Shown: positions 11,371 through 22,135, counted from the stretch's first letter. The stretch is DNA of 33,341 bases from Thraustochytrium aureum (GCA_012862495.1 BLSG01000419.1:173932-207272), one strand, 5' to 3'. Made by a program: numbers and translations. The notes: generated by a model from the letters alone, not told the origin.

Positions 11371-12835
11371 GATGTCCCGGCCGCGTTACTTTTTATCTCG
11401 CTGCAACTTTACTGTGACAAGAAACCAACATAGGCCTAATAAACGGCGCCCGTTTCCATTGAGCGCCCGCGGCGAACTGTGGCAGGCCGCCGCTGAAAAG
11501 AGGGGCTGGTCATGAGTGGGGAGCGCATGCCAAACAGGTCGCTTGCGACACTTTCTTGTTTCTTTCTGCAGCCACGGGCCTGTTGCCTCGAAGATGCTTT
11601 TGCTTCAACTGCTTGCAGGATTCAGATGTTGCGTTGATGGCGAACAGCCTTCAGCTTTGCCGGGACACGCGCGCGCAACAACTGGCAAGCTCCCTCCCTG
11701 TCCAGTTGCTTTGCACTGTAGTGCAAGATCGCGCTCAACCGCACCGGCAAGGCCGTTGGGCGGTCAGTGGCTGCTGCTTGCGTGGTGCTGTCTGGGATCC
11801 CACTCTACCGTGAAATCGCTTGTTTGTCTCTCTCGCTCGTGGCAACGGCAGCGACGCAAAGCAGCCAATAGTAGAGGCAGTCAGTCTCCTTGGGGATTCG
11901 CAGAGTAGCACGACCTTCGCCCTCGTCGCACCGACCCACGCCAGCTAACGGTAGCCCCGCATTCTGTGCACAGCGAAGGAAAGCACCTCAGTCAAGTTGG
12001 TTCACACGCGGTCCTCCTCGGTTCAAGTTGGTCAGCAGGGTCCCTCTGCCGTGCCAGCTGCAATCCATTGACATCGATCTCATCTTGTGACTCAAGTTGT
12101 GAGCCAACTCAACTGCTCGGTCGAGTCGAGCTCGAGCTTCGAGTTGGAGCGGAGTCTTTTGGCGACATGTCCATGAGCACCGGAAAAGTGGGACGAATGT
12201 GAGTGCGCGTTCCGATGAATACGACAGGTGAGCGCGATGTTCAGAGAAACGCGCGTCAATGCACACCTTGGTGAAAACGTGTGAATTTTGTTGTGCAATT
12301 TCACACCCGGGGNNNNNNNNNNNNNNNNNNNNNNNNNNNNNNNNNNNNNNNNNNNNNNNNNNNNNNNNNNNNNNNNNNNNNNNNNNNNNNNNNNNNNNNN
12401 NNNNNNNNNNNNNNNNNNNNNNNNNNNNNNNNNNNNNNNNNNNNNNNNNNNNNNNNNNNNNNNNNNNNNNNNNNNNNNNNNNNNNNNNNNNNNNNNNNNN
12501 NNNNNNNNNNNNNNNNNNNNNNNNNNNNNNNNNTCGTCTCGCGCAAGGCCCAGGCCGTCTCGCGCAAGGCCGAAAGCGCGAGCTGGACGCGACGCGACAG
12601 GACACCACGGGGACGCAGTGCAAGCTGCACTGGCGGCGTTGGCTGCGACGGTCTTGACGGCGGCGTTGGCGGCCCCTTGAGCGCTCTTCGGCGAGGTCGC
12701 ACGCGCGCTCGCCCACACGTGCCTTGCTGGACGCTCGCGCTCGTTCTGCAAGGCCGCACGCGCGTCCAGCAGCTACCGCGTGTCGCGGGACCTTGGGGCG
12801 CGCTGCAGAGCACGCGAGAGAAACAAGCGTGCGCG

Positions 12836-14296
12836 ATGGCCACGAGGGAGCCGGAAGCAGCCGGGGCCGGCGGCATGGACAAGCGCGCGAGCAAGCGCGC
12901 GAGCAAGCGCGCGAGCAAGCGCGTGTCCATGTCGCGGCGCGTCTCGCTGCGAGTCGGGGAGGCAGAGCAGGCCGCAGGGCTATCTGAGGAGCAGGAGAAA
13001 GAGTTGAGCAAGCGGCTCTCCACGCCCCAGCGCAAAACCAGGCGCCACCTTGCTGACAAGGCCCACGACCTCACGGAGGTCAACCCATTCCAGGTCGAGT
13101 CGTTCACGATGCCCAAGGGCGAGGATCTCGCGTGGTTCGTTTTCGGCGCCGTCGTGCTGGTGCCGCTCCGAGTCATTGGCATAACCTTGACCATGATCGT
13201 GGCGTCGATCCTCATGATTCTCTCTGCAATCGGCCAAGACCTCCGCAAACCGCTGCCAGACTCTGTGGGCACAGTGCAACGCGCCATCGGCGTCGCTGCC
13301 TCACGCGTCGTCTGTGCGTGCTTCGGAATCTACGAAATCGAGATCAAAGGGACGCGCGCGACTCCCGCAGAGTGCAAGATGCTCGTCATCGCCCCCCATC
13401 AACAGTGATGGACGCCGCTGTGCTCGGCGCCGTCGGCGGGGGCTCGGGAGTGGCCAAGGGGAGAGCTCGAGAGCTCGGTGCTGGGGCCCTCGATGCGCGC
13501 GAGCCAGACTATCTTTGTGCACCGCGACGACAAAAACTCGCGCGTGAACGTCGCGCGAGCAATTCGTGACCGCATCCGCCTCTCCAGCCCATGGCGCAAG
13601 CAGATGGCCCTTTTCCCGGAAGGCACTTGCACGAACCGCAGCAGCCTAATCTCGTTTCGCCGCGGCGCCTTCGACCCCGGCGAGCCCGTGCAGCCGGTCA
13701 CTCTGAGCTGGCGCTACGACACGTTTGACCCGAGCTGGACTGCCGGGGCGATTGGCCGCGGGCTCATCGTCCTGCGCTGCCTCGCCCAGTGGCGCCAACA
13801 GGTCACGGTAGAGTTTCTTCCGGTCTACTTGCCGAGCGAAGCCGAGAAAGAGGACAGCCTGTTGTTCACCAACAACGTTCGCGCTCTCATGGCGGCCTCC
13901 CTGCGCGTCCCCACGACCGAGTTTAGCTATAGCGACATGTTCTTGGCCAAGCTTTGCGCGAAGCACAAGATGCACTGTGCGATGGTTCTCCCGTTCTCGT
14001 TCGTCACGCTGCAAGGGGAGACTGCTTCCCTGGGGATCAACAAAGACGCGCTTCTTGAGCACACCAAAGCGCTCCTCGCCCGGTTTTCCAAGGCCCCGGG
14101 GATCGGGCCCGAGGGGCGTCTCGCTGAGGCCCAGTTCGACAAGATCGCTTCCAAGACGGCCAAGGACCTCGCCCTCTCGGGCCCGCTTGATTGGGGCGTA
14201 TTCCAGGACTCGGTGCGCCCAGACGGGACAATCTCGTTCCACGCCTTCCTGCTCGCCCATCTCTTTGCCAAGTACGACGACGACCGTGACGAGTAG
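12836..14296 (+). CDS. LPCAT: Lysophospholipid acyltransferase, LPCAT1/2-LPEAT-like (PlsC family), with two compensating single-base indels
   Basis: N-terminal TM segment (WFVFGAVVLVPLRVIGITLTMIVASILMILSAIG). Block I HxxxxD is restored as IAPH-S-TVMD if one base is missing at ~13399. Block II is IFVHRDD, block III is ALFPEGTCTN, followed by FRRGAFDPGEPVQPV. The C-terminus is degenerate EF-hand-like (RPDGTISFHAFL). The ORF pieces 12281..13408 and 13478..14296 are in the same frame. Confidence 0.88.
12881..12925 (+). repeat. 12-bp coding tandem repeat (AAGCGCGCGAGC x3 plus a variant) encoding KRAS-KRAS-KRAS-KRV
   Basis: Read directly in the sequence and in the translation. Confidence 0.9.
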
Positions 14297-14998
14297 CTTG
14301 GTGCACGCCACGCCGCGCAGCGCAAGCCGGGCTCAGGCGTTCTCAGGCGTTCTCAGCCGGGCCGTCCACGTACAACACCGTGCATAGCAGCTGNNNNNNN
14401 NNNNNNNNNNNNNNNNNNNNNNNNNNNNNNNNNNNNNNNNNNNNNNNNNNNNNNNNNNNNNNNNNNNNNNNNNNNNNNNNNNNNNNNNNNNNNNNNNNNN
14501 NNNNNNNNNNNNNNNNNNNNNNNNNNNNNNNNNNNNNNNNNNNNNNNNNNNNNNNNNNNNNNNNNNNNNNNNNNNNNNNNNNNNNNNNNNNNNNNNNNNN
14601 NNNNNNNNNNNNNNNNNNNNNNNNNNNNNNNNNNNNNNNNNNNNNNNNNNNNNNNNNNNNNNNNNNNNNNNNNNNNNNNNNNNNNNNNNNNNNNNNNNNN
14701 NNNNNNNNNNNNNNNNNNNNNNNNNNNNNNNNNNNNNNNNNNNNNNNNNNNNNNNNNNNNNNNNNNNNNNNNNNNNNNNNNNNNNNNNNNNNNNNNNNNN
14801 NNNNNNNNNNNNNNNNNNNNNNNNNNNNNNNNNNNNNNNNNNNNNNNNNNNNNNNNNNNNNNNNNNNNNNNNNNNNNNNNNNNNNNNNNNNNNNNNNNNN
14901 NNNNNNNNNNNNNNNNNNNNNNNNNNNNNNNNNNNNNNNNNNNNNNNNNNNNNNNNNNNNNNNNNNNNNNNNNNNNNNNNNNNNNNNNNNNNNNNNNN

Positions 14999-16051
14999 CG
15001 CCGACGGTTTGACCCGCAGCTGCAGGCTCCCGAGTGGATGCTTGAGGTCCCGCACGACCTGGGCCCGCAGAACTGGCTGGTTGTCCCGCGGCCGGAAGGG
15101 CAAAAGTGCCTTGTCGTGAGCACGAACGGGCGGACTGTGGCGTGGCGCAAGAACGGCAAGCCGCTGCGAACGTTTCCCTCGCTACTCCCGAACGGGTCTG
15201 GCGCAACGCGCAACGCGCGCGACTCGTTCAGCCTGCTCGAGTGCGTCCTCTACGAGCCAACCAATACCTTTTACGTGGTGGACATGATGGCTTGGAAGGG
15301 CTCGCCCCTCTTTGACTCGACAGCCGCGTTCCGCTTCTTTTGGGTGCAGTCCAAGCTCGCCGAGATCGCAGGCCTCGACCAAGAGCTGCCCGGCACCAAC
15401 GCGTTCCGCTTCGTCCCTGCGCCCGTTCTTGACTGCTCAATCCAGGCTCTGGAGGTCGCCTATGCAGGGCCGGTCCCGTTCCAGCGCGACGGGCTACTAT
15501 TCTACGACAAGGAGGGGCACTACGGCCAGGGCTTGACACCTCTTGTCCTAGCTTGGAAGGACGCCAAAACGTCGCGCTATCCGGTAGACTCGCCCGACGG
15601 CATCAGCCCATACGCAGTGCAGCGCTGCGTCCTTCGAGTGGACGCTCGGGACCCTTGCGTTTTGCGAGCCCTTGGCGGCGACGTTGTTGGCGAGCTCGAC
15701 CCGGGCGAGTCGCAGGCCGCTGCGCTCTGCTGCGGTGAGCTGGCTAGGTTTGAGATTTACGGACAAGTGCTCCTCCGCCCGTCGCTCACGGGTCAGGGAG
15801 GCGCGGAACCTCCGAGTTGCCAGCGCGACGCGGACGCTTTCGACAGCGAGATGCACGAAGACGTCGAAGGTTCCGAAGGCCCAGGGAGCGCGGCTAGCAT
15901 TGCCATTCAGTCCCTCAAGTTTCACGAAAGGTGTCCGGCCCGTCGCGAGCCGGATTCGAGTTGCAAGATTGCGTTTCAGTTTGCGATGCGAACGCGACCT
16001 CTCTCGATCGAGGCAATCGCTGCAACGGTGCGCGCGAACAGCCGGGCGTGA
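14999..16051 (+). CDS. SNUPN: Snurportin-1 (m3G-cap-binding snRNP import adaptor), 5'-partial; start and IBB domain presumably in gap 14394-14998
   Basis: The frame is open from the gap edge: RRRFDPQLQAPEWMLEVPHDLGPQNWLVVPRPEGQKCLVVSTNGRT…FPSLLPNG…LLECV…FYVVDMMAWKG…FRFFWVQSKL…DGLLFYDKEGHYGQGLTPLVLAWKD. These are the hallmark motifs of the snurportin-1 cap-binding domain. Confidence 0.93.
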   Translation, partial: RRRFDPQLQAPEWMLEVPHDLGPQNWLVVPRPEGQKCLVVSTNGRTVAWRKNGKPLRTFPSLLPNGSGATRNARDSFSLLECVLYEPTNTFYVVDMMAWKGSPLFDSTAAFRFFWVQSKLAEIAGLDQELPGTNAFRFVPAPVLDCSIQALEVAYAGPVPFQRDGLLFYDKEGHYGQGLTPLVLAWKDAKTSRYPVDSPDGISPYAVQRCVLRVDARDPCVLRALGGDVVGELDPGESQAAALCCGELARFEIYGQVLLRPSLTGQGGAEPPSCQRDADAFDSEMHEDVEGSEGPGSAASIAIQSLKFHERCPARREPDSSCKIAFQFAMRTRPLSIEAIAATVRANSRA

Positions 16052-16218
16052 GCTGAGCAAGGTATCCGCCCCAATCTGTAGATAGTTTAGAGCAATGCTG
16101 CGCTATGCCGTGAAGGTCGGGCTGCCAAGGCCCTACCCTTTCGTTCCAAAAACTGTCTCTCTCTGCTAGCTACGAGTAGAGCAGGGAGCTTGCTCTAGGG
16201 CACCAGACCGCGGGCTCC

Positions 16219-18598
16219 TCAGCCGTCTAGCTGCGCTGCGAACTTGTCCAGCCGCGCGTGCAGGTTGTCGACGTCGGCACGAGTACGAGCGACAAGCTCG
16301 GAGGCGCGGCCGCTCGAAAGGAGCGCCCCCAGGGCATGGCCCAAAGCGCGAAACCCACCAAAACACCGTTCACATTTCTCGACACGCTCCTCGCGAGAAA
16401 CGTCAACCGGGCCGCGGCCCTTGCGCGCCTGGCCAAGCGTCGCAAGGACGATGTCCGCAAAGCTGTCAAAGAGAAACTTGCCCGTTGTCAAGGCGCGTTT
16501 GATGTGGTCCTCAAAGTGCGACTGCGAGAGCGCAACGAGAATGGGCAGCGCCGCGGCGCAGACGTCGAGATTCGCCGTCTGCCCACTGCGCATTTTCGTA
16601 AGCTTGACGAAATCGAAGGCGACGCTGTTGTTCCCCAGTTGGTCGACGTACTCCAAAGCAGCTACCGTTTTGCCGCTTCGCCAAAGCGCCACAACATGCT
16701 CGAGATCTTCAAGGCGCTCCTGCATAAGCGTCTGGAACTTTGCGTGCCCGCTCAATACCTCCTCGGCGACACCAGCCTTCATTTCGGCGCGAATAGTTTT
16801 GCTTGCGATTTGGTTGCAGTGCGCATTGGGCATAAACTCTGAGATGCTCAAGTCAAGCGGTAGGTCGCGAGAAGCCATCGACGCGACCACGTGGCGATCG
16901 CGGCCCACCTGGCATGCCGCGCCTGCGCCGTCCTGCTGCGGTTTGCTCTCGCTCTGTCGCGTCAGCCTTGGGACCACTTTGGCGCCTCTGCCTGGACCAG
17001 GGCTTGCCCGGCTTTCGGTCGAAGGACCTTTTCGGTTCTCTCTTGCAAAGGCTGCTGATGACTTGGGTCGCGCCGTCACGTCCGTTTCGTAGCGCTCGTC
17101 GAATCCCAAAGGTTTGGCGGTCTTCGGCTTTTCCGTCAATTTCTGCCCGACGGGGCTCCGCGATTTCGCTTCGGCGTTTCCAGCCCCTTCCTTTTGGTCG
17201 TCAGCGGGGTCCCTGTCCTGCTCATCGATGCCAGCGCTTGCAGGGACGCTTGTTTCGCTACGAGTTGGCGAGTCTGGAGGGGCGCTGCGGCCGCCTTCGC
17301 TGGCAACCTCCTCGTCAACCTCGCTAGCTGACGTAACCGATGCTGCATCTCCGTCGTCTGCGCAGTCGTCTTTGCGCGGACGTGGCGCTGCCAGCCGGGC
17401 CGGGCTGCGACTGCGGCTGGACCGTGCAGAGTCCAGCTTGGCAGCGTCGCTTACTTTGCCCTCCGTGGCGCACGTCTCCTGGACGCGACGCTGCGCGTCG
17501 ACTCGGGGCGCCTCGCCCCTGCTTCTAGCGTCGGCTAGCTTTGCCTCCTTTGAGTCTCCAACGCAGTAGTCTTCTCCGTCGTCGTCTTCGTCTGGGCCGC
17601 CCGTGCGCGAGCCCAGCACAGTTGCCATGTTGACAGACCAAATCGACACCATGCTCTTTTCCNNNNNNNNNNNNNNNNNNNNNNNNNNNNNNNNNNNNNN
17701 NNNNNNNNNNNNNNNNNNNNNNNNNNNNNNNNNNNNNNNNNNNNNNNNNNNNNNNNNNNNNNNNNNNNNNNNNNNNNNNNNTTAGGCCCTCGTCGGTGCA
17801 GGCCACCAGGCTGTGGCGCTGGCGGCGGGCGCGAACCTCGTCCTGGCCCTGGCCCAAGAAAGATATATTGTGCACGCTTGCGCCGCGCTCAACCGGCGTC
17901 GAACCGACCAGACGGAACGTCTCGAGGTCAAAGTACTTTACGGTCCCGTCCCGCGAGGCGGTCGCGAGCCAGAACTCGTCAGGGTGGAACTTGATCGACG
18001 TTACTGCGCCGCGATGGGCCGTGAACTCGTGCAGCAGCTTGCCGCTCTGCAAGTCCCAGAGCCGCGCGGTCTTGTCGTCGCTCCCGGTGGCGACCCACCG
18101 CCCGTCGGGGCTAAACTCTGCGCACCGCAGTGTCTCCGAATGGCCCATGAAGGTGCGAACGCAGCTCTTGCTTCGGATGTCCCAGAGCTTTGCGTTAGAG
18201 TCCGCGGAGCCTGACGCAAGCATGTTGCCGAGGGGATGGAACGCCACGCTTGTGCACTCGGCACGGTGACCCGAGAGCCGACATTTGGTCTTGCCGTCTG
18301 CTGCGAGCGAAAAGAGGTGCACGCTTCCGCTCAAGGCACCGCAAGCCACAACGCGCTCTTCTGGGTCAAACGCGAGGCTGCGCACCGGCGTCTTGGCTGC
18401 CTTGATGCTCAGCAAGCACGACGTCTTGCCGACTCGCCAGAGGTTGACCATTTTGTCCTCGCCGGCGGTGGCCACCACCTGCCCGGACATGGGACCGATT
18501 CTGACGGCGTTCACGCCGTCTGGATGAGCCATGAACGTCTGCAGCTTGCTCCCTGCCACCGCCCCGCCGTGCCCATGGCCGCCGAGCCTGCTCGCCAT
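16219..18598 (-). CDS. KATNB1: Katanin p80 WD40 regulatory subunit B1 (spans gap 17663-17781)
   Basis: N-terminal WD40 repeats (KLQTFMAH…ATAGEDKMVNLW…LSGHRAECTSVAFHPLGNMLASGSADSNAKLWD…FSPDGRWVATGSDDKTARLWD…FHPDEFWLATASRDGTVKYFDLETF). A low-complexity linker follows, then the con80 C-terminal domain (LSGHAKFQTLMQERL…LW…NLDVCAAALP…VDVSREERVEKC). ATG at 18598. Confidence 0.93.
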
Positions 18599-19047
18599 TT
18601 TTTCGGCGAAGCTCGACTGCGGCTGCACGGTATGCAAGCCCGCCGTGTGTCGGGAGTGCGAGGGTCGCGCAACCCGCGACTGGCCACAGGGCGACGCCGA
18701 CCGGCCTTGGGACGGGAATGAGGAGGCGCGCACGAGCGCGCAGGCTCCGCTGCGTGGCTGCGTGGGCCAATGCGCCGGCCACAGCGCCAAGCAAGCGCCC
18801 CTGCTTTTTGGTGAACTGTGTCTGGTCTCTTTTTTCGCTAACTTACCGTTACAAGTGTGCGAAGCCCTGGGGACCGCGTACCCCGTCAAGGCGCTCAAGG
18901 TGTTCGCTGCGCCTCGGTTCGTCGAAGGAGGCTTCAAGGCGCGAGCGCGACGACGACGAGGCGCCCATCCCGCGCATGGTCTGAGAACGCGCGGGACACG
19001 AGTGGGCTGCGAAAGAAAAAAAACTGCGGGCTTCGAGTTATTCTCAT

Positions 19048-22000
19048 TCAGCGCGTGTGGTGGTTGAAGATGAGCCCCTCGGAGGCCAGGCGGTCAAGCG
19101 CCGGGGTATAAATACGCTTCTCCGTCGGTAAGAAGATGCCGCCGGTGCCGTCAAGGCTCGCGGAAGGCGGGTCCAAGAACAAGTCCGCACCGATCGCCGC
19201 AGTGAGCCCAACAGTTCGCGCCATGCCAGTGTCGCTGGAATTCCCGTAGGCAAGCATCGTCGACACCAAGTCATCGTTGAAGGTGTGCTGCATGACGCAG
19301 AGGTCGCGCTCGCCAGGCTGGAGCGCGAGACGCGCCTGGAGCACTGACGCCAGCACGTCGAGTGCAGGCGCGGCGGCTTGCTCGTCCGAGATCGGGCTGC
19401 CCTCGGCGAGGAGCCAGTCCATGGCGGCCACGCTCGTCGCAAAGTCGGAGCTACCCCTTAAGCTGGAGAGAGCGTCTTTGAAGGCGACGTTTTCCTCGAG
19501 GAGACCGGCGCGGAAAAACCCCGCTAGGATCGCGCAAAAGCCCTCGTAGCGAAGCGTGCCCCTGAAGCAGGTCTGCGCCTCCTGGATGCTGTACTTGTCC
19601 GCGTAGACGAGCGAGTCGCGGTTCGGGAGCTGCTCGAGGGCTAGCGAAGGCAGCATGTGCACCCGGAAGGGCTGCGAGGCGCTGACAAGGTCGAACCCGC
19701 CCTTGACCTCGATCGTTTTGCCGTCGCGAAGGAAGCGCGCGTCGTTGCGCATCGCGCGCAAGACACCCATGGGCGACCAAGAGAACTTGTACCCGAACGG
19801 GTTGTTGGCATCCTCTGGCGCAGTAAGCCCACCGCAGACAGAAGTGAAGCTCTTGACCTCGCCGCCGCCTTCCTTGATCGAGTCGATGACCATCATTGCG
19901 CTCATATGGTCCATGCCAGGGTCGAGGCCCATTTCACAAAGGATAGGCACGCCGCGCTCGCGCGCGGCGTCCTCCAGCTGGCGCATCTCGGCGCTGACAT
20001 AGCTCGCGGTGACGAGCGGCGTGCGGTGCTGCACGCACAGCTTGGCCACCTCGGCGTGCATTGTCTGCGGCAACAGCGAAATGACAGCGTCGCAGCGCGC
20101 AATGAGCCGCTCGAGGTCGTCCGGCTGCTGGACGGCGTTGAGCTGGAGTGGCTGGAGGTTTGACCGCCCAAGAGCGTTGCAAAGCGAGGCGGCCTCGCCC
20201 GGCGCAGCCCCGCACACAACGACATTGCGCGACGAGTCGCGCGACAAGAGCTCCACGCACGGCTTGGCGACCATGCCTGCGCCGAGAACCGCTACCGTTT
20301 TCAGCGGAACCCAGTCGACAGGCCGCGTGATCTCCGGGGCCGCGTTGTCCATGCCCCCCGCAGCGTCCTTCTCGGCCCCCCGCGCGCGCGCCGCGGCGGC
20401 ACTGTTTGGCAGGATCGTGGCGCGATAATTCCCCTTGCAAAAGTCAGGGACCTCCTCCACACTGGCCTTTGCTGCGGCAAAGGCGGGCGAAGCGGCGAGC
20501 GCCCGGAACTCGGCGAGCACGCGCTCTCGCTGGTCGCGGCCGTCGTCAAGCGTCACCTGGAGCATCACGGTGCTCTCCTGGTTTGCACCGACGAGACACT
20601 CTACGATGTGGAAGCGGCCCTGCTCGCCCTCGACGACATCGAGCATGCGGTTGATGAGGCCAGAGTCGAACAGGTGGCCTTGGAGGCGGATCACCGTCGA
20701 GCCCTCGAGCTGCAGCTGAGTGTGCTCGGTGACAGCTGGCAGTCCGTTCAGCTCGCGCATTCGCTCGGCCTTCATCTTGTCGATGTACTGGTAGCGCGCA
20801 CTGAGGGCGCCTCTGTCGGCGATGCAGGCCCCGCGCAGCTCGGGGGCCAGTGCGTCGGTGGCCTCGCCCGCCGCGAGCTGGGCCACGAACGGGAGGAGGT
20901 AATCGCCAAAGTGCTGGCTCGCTTCCCGCGGCAGCTCGGAGGGCAGGATGTCGACACCAAGCATCATGATGTTGCTGGCCTCGGGCGGGTCCTCGACCAT
21001 AACAAAGGGGTCTTCGATAGTCGTAGATTTCTGCAAGCACTCGATGCCGCCCCCAACGTCACAGGAGATGTCGCTGATAAAGTGGAGCCGGCTCGAGTCT
21101 TTATGGCGCACGAGGTCCGCCTTGCAGACGACGCGCGGGTACCGCGCGTCCCAGTACAGGCCGTTCACCAGCACGTTGGCGTGGCGCGCGACGCGGTCAA
21201 AGAAGACGGACCGGTACAGCTCTGGGTGCTGGTAGAACTCGTCCTTGTCGAAGCTCGAGCCGCCGCGGCGCTCGACCATGTCCTCGAGGCCGACTTGGCA
21301 CCCGATGAGCGGTTGGCTCGTGTCGCCCCGTGCCAGGACGTCCGGGAGCTCCTCCGGCGCGACCCAGGCGCTTGGCGTCAGGTCAAATACCTGCCGCGCA
21401 CCGCGGTTCACGTTCCCGGACCCCGTGAACAGGAACACGAGCGGGTTGAACCGGGTCAGCGGCTGGTCGCGCCACTCGTCGACAAACCCGCGGCCCGCGC
21501 GCTGCACCGCCGCCGCTGCTTCCGCATACGAGGGGTACATGTATGAGGAGCCAACGCCGAGGAACGGCGTGCTGACCCCGTTGTACAACAGTTGCTGACC
21601 AATGCCGCGAAACGAGTCGATCATCCCGGCCCGGCCCGCGTACTCGCCGAAAGCGACGAGCCGCGGGGCGCCGGGCTTGCCGTCGCGCGTAATGCACTCG
21701 TAGTCGATAAGGCGCACGTTGCGTCGCTTGATCTCCTCGAGCAGCGCCATGTTCTCCAGCTGGCCCTTGATCGTGTGGCTGAAGAAGAGGTAGGTCTTGT
21801 TCGGAATCAAGTCATCCATCGGCACTTGCTTCACCCCAAACACGGCGTTGCAGCTTGTCAGGTCATCGGTGATGCGCGCACCGGCCGCGGCGTACGCGCT
21901 GTCGGGAAAGACGCGCTTTCCGCTCGGCTGCACGTTGACCTGAACGCCGAGCCGCTCCACAATTCTCCTCACCTGCTCCGGCGTGAAGGGCGCTCGCCGC

Positions 22001-22068
22001 TCCCACACCGAGTAGGCCTCCCTGACGATCCCGATCGACTTCATCGCAGGCGCCGCGCAGCTTGCCAC
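19048..22068 (-). CDS. AASS: Bifunctional lysine-ketoglutarate reductase / saccharopine dehydrogenase (alpha-aminoadipic semialdehyde synthase)
   Basis: LKR domain: IGIVREAYSVWERRAPFTP, GVKQVP, FFSHTIKGQ, DYECI, DISCD, VDILPSELPREASQHFG. Interdomain: LQGHLFDSGLINRMLDVVE. SDH domain: VLGAGMV, EMGLDPGMDH, CGGL, NPFGYKFSWSP, PNRDS, RGTLRYEGF, MARTVG. The first in-frame ATG is at 22044; 22068 may be an exon boundary (TAG|GTG). Confidence 0.96.
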   Translation of the reverse strand: MASCAAPAMKSIGIVREAYSVWERRAPFTPEQVRRIVERLGVQVNVQPSGKRVFPDSAYAAAGARITDDLTSCNAVFGVKQVPMDDLIPNKTYLFFSHTIKGQLENMALLEEIKRRNVRLIDYECITRDGKPGAPRLVAFGEYAGRAGMIDSFRGIGQQLLYNGVSTPFLGVGSSYMYPSYAEAAAAVQRAGRGFVDEWRDQPLTRFNPLVFLFTGSGNVNRGARQVFDLTPSAWVAPEELPDVLARGDTSQPLIGCQVGLEDMVERRGGSSFDKDEFYQHPELYRSVFFDRVARHANVLVNGLYWDARYPRVVCKADLVRHKDSSRLHFISDISCDVGGGIECLQKSTTIEDPFVMVEDPPEASNIMMLGVDILPSELPREASQHFGDYLLPFVAQLAAGEATDALAPELRGACIADRGALSARYQYIDKMKAERMRELNGLPAVTEHTQLQLEGSTVIRLQGHLFDSGLINRMLDVVEGEQGRFHIVECLVGANQESTVMLQVTLDDGRDQRERVLAEFRALAASPAFAAAKASVEEVPDFCKGNYRATILPNSAAAARARGAEKDAAGGMDNAAPEITRPVDWVPLKTVAVLGAGMVAKPCVELLSRDSSRNVVVCGAAPGEAASLCNALGRSNLQPLQLNAVQQPDDLERLIARCDAVISLLPQTMHAEVAKLCVQHRTPLVTASYVSAEMRQLEDAARERGVPILCEMGLDPGMDHMSAMMVIDSIKEGGGEVKSFTSVCGGLTAPEDANNPFGYKFSWSPMGVLRAMRNDARFLRDGKTIEVKGGFDLVSASQPFRVHMLPSLALEQLPNRDSLVYADKYSIQEAQTCFRGTLRYEGFCAILAGFFRAGLLEENVAFKDALSSLRGSSDFATSVAAMDWLLAEGSPISDEQAAAPALDVLASVLQARLALQPGERDLCVMQHTFNDDLVSTMLAYGNSSDTGMARTVGLTAAIGADLFLDPPSASLDGTGGIFLPTEKRIYTPALDRLASEGLIFNHHTR

Positions 22069-22087
22069 CTAGGCCGCTCTTGCTCTA

Positions 22088-22135
22088 GCGACCGAGCGGG
22101 CGACCGAGCGAGCGACCGAGCGGGCGACCGAGCGC
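22088..22135. repeat. 12-bp tandem repeat GCGACCGAGCG(G/A/C) x4
   Basis: gcgaccgagcgg gcgaccgagcga gcgaccgagcgg gcgaccgagcgc immediately upstream of the AASS ORF. Confidence 0.9.

Noticed and set aside
11135..12312. Short ORFs or RNA genes in the spacer between the secreted protein and LPCAT
   Set aside because: No recognisable motifs or coding bias, and no tRNA cloverleaf or snRNA signature could be identified by eye.
13406..13408. TGA as selenocysteine, readthrough or an alternative genetic code in LPCAT
   Set aside because: Reading through gives no HxxxxD motif, while the shifted frame restores it. TGA serves as a normal stop in other genes here (16051, 25285, 27842, 33054).
18599..18937. 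N-terminal extension of the katanin ORF from a TTG start
   Set aside because: Non-ATG start and low-complexity, non-homologous sequence. The ATG at 18598 sits right before the conserved KLQ.F.AH start of p80.
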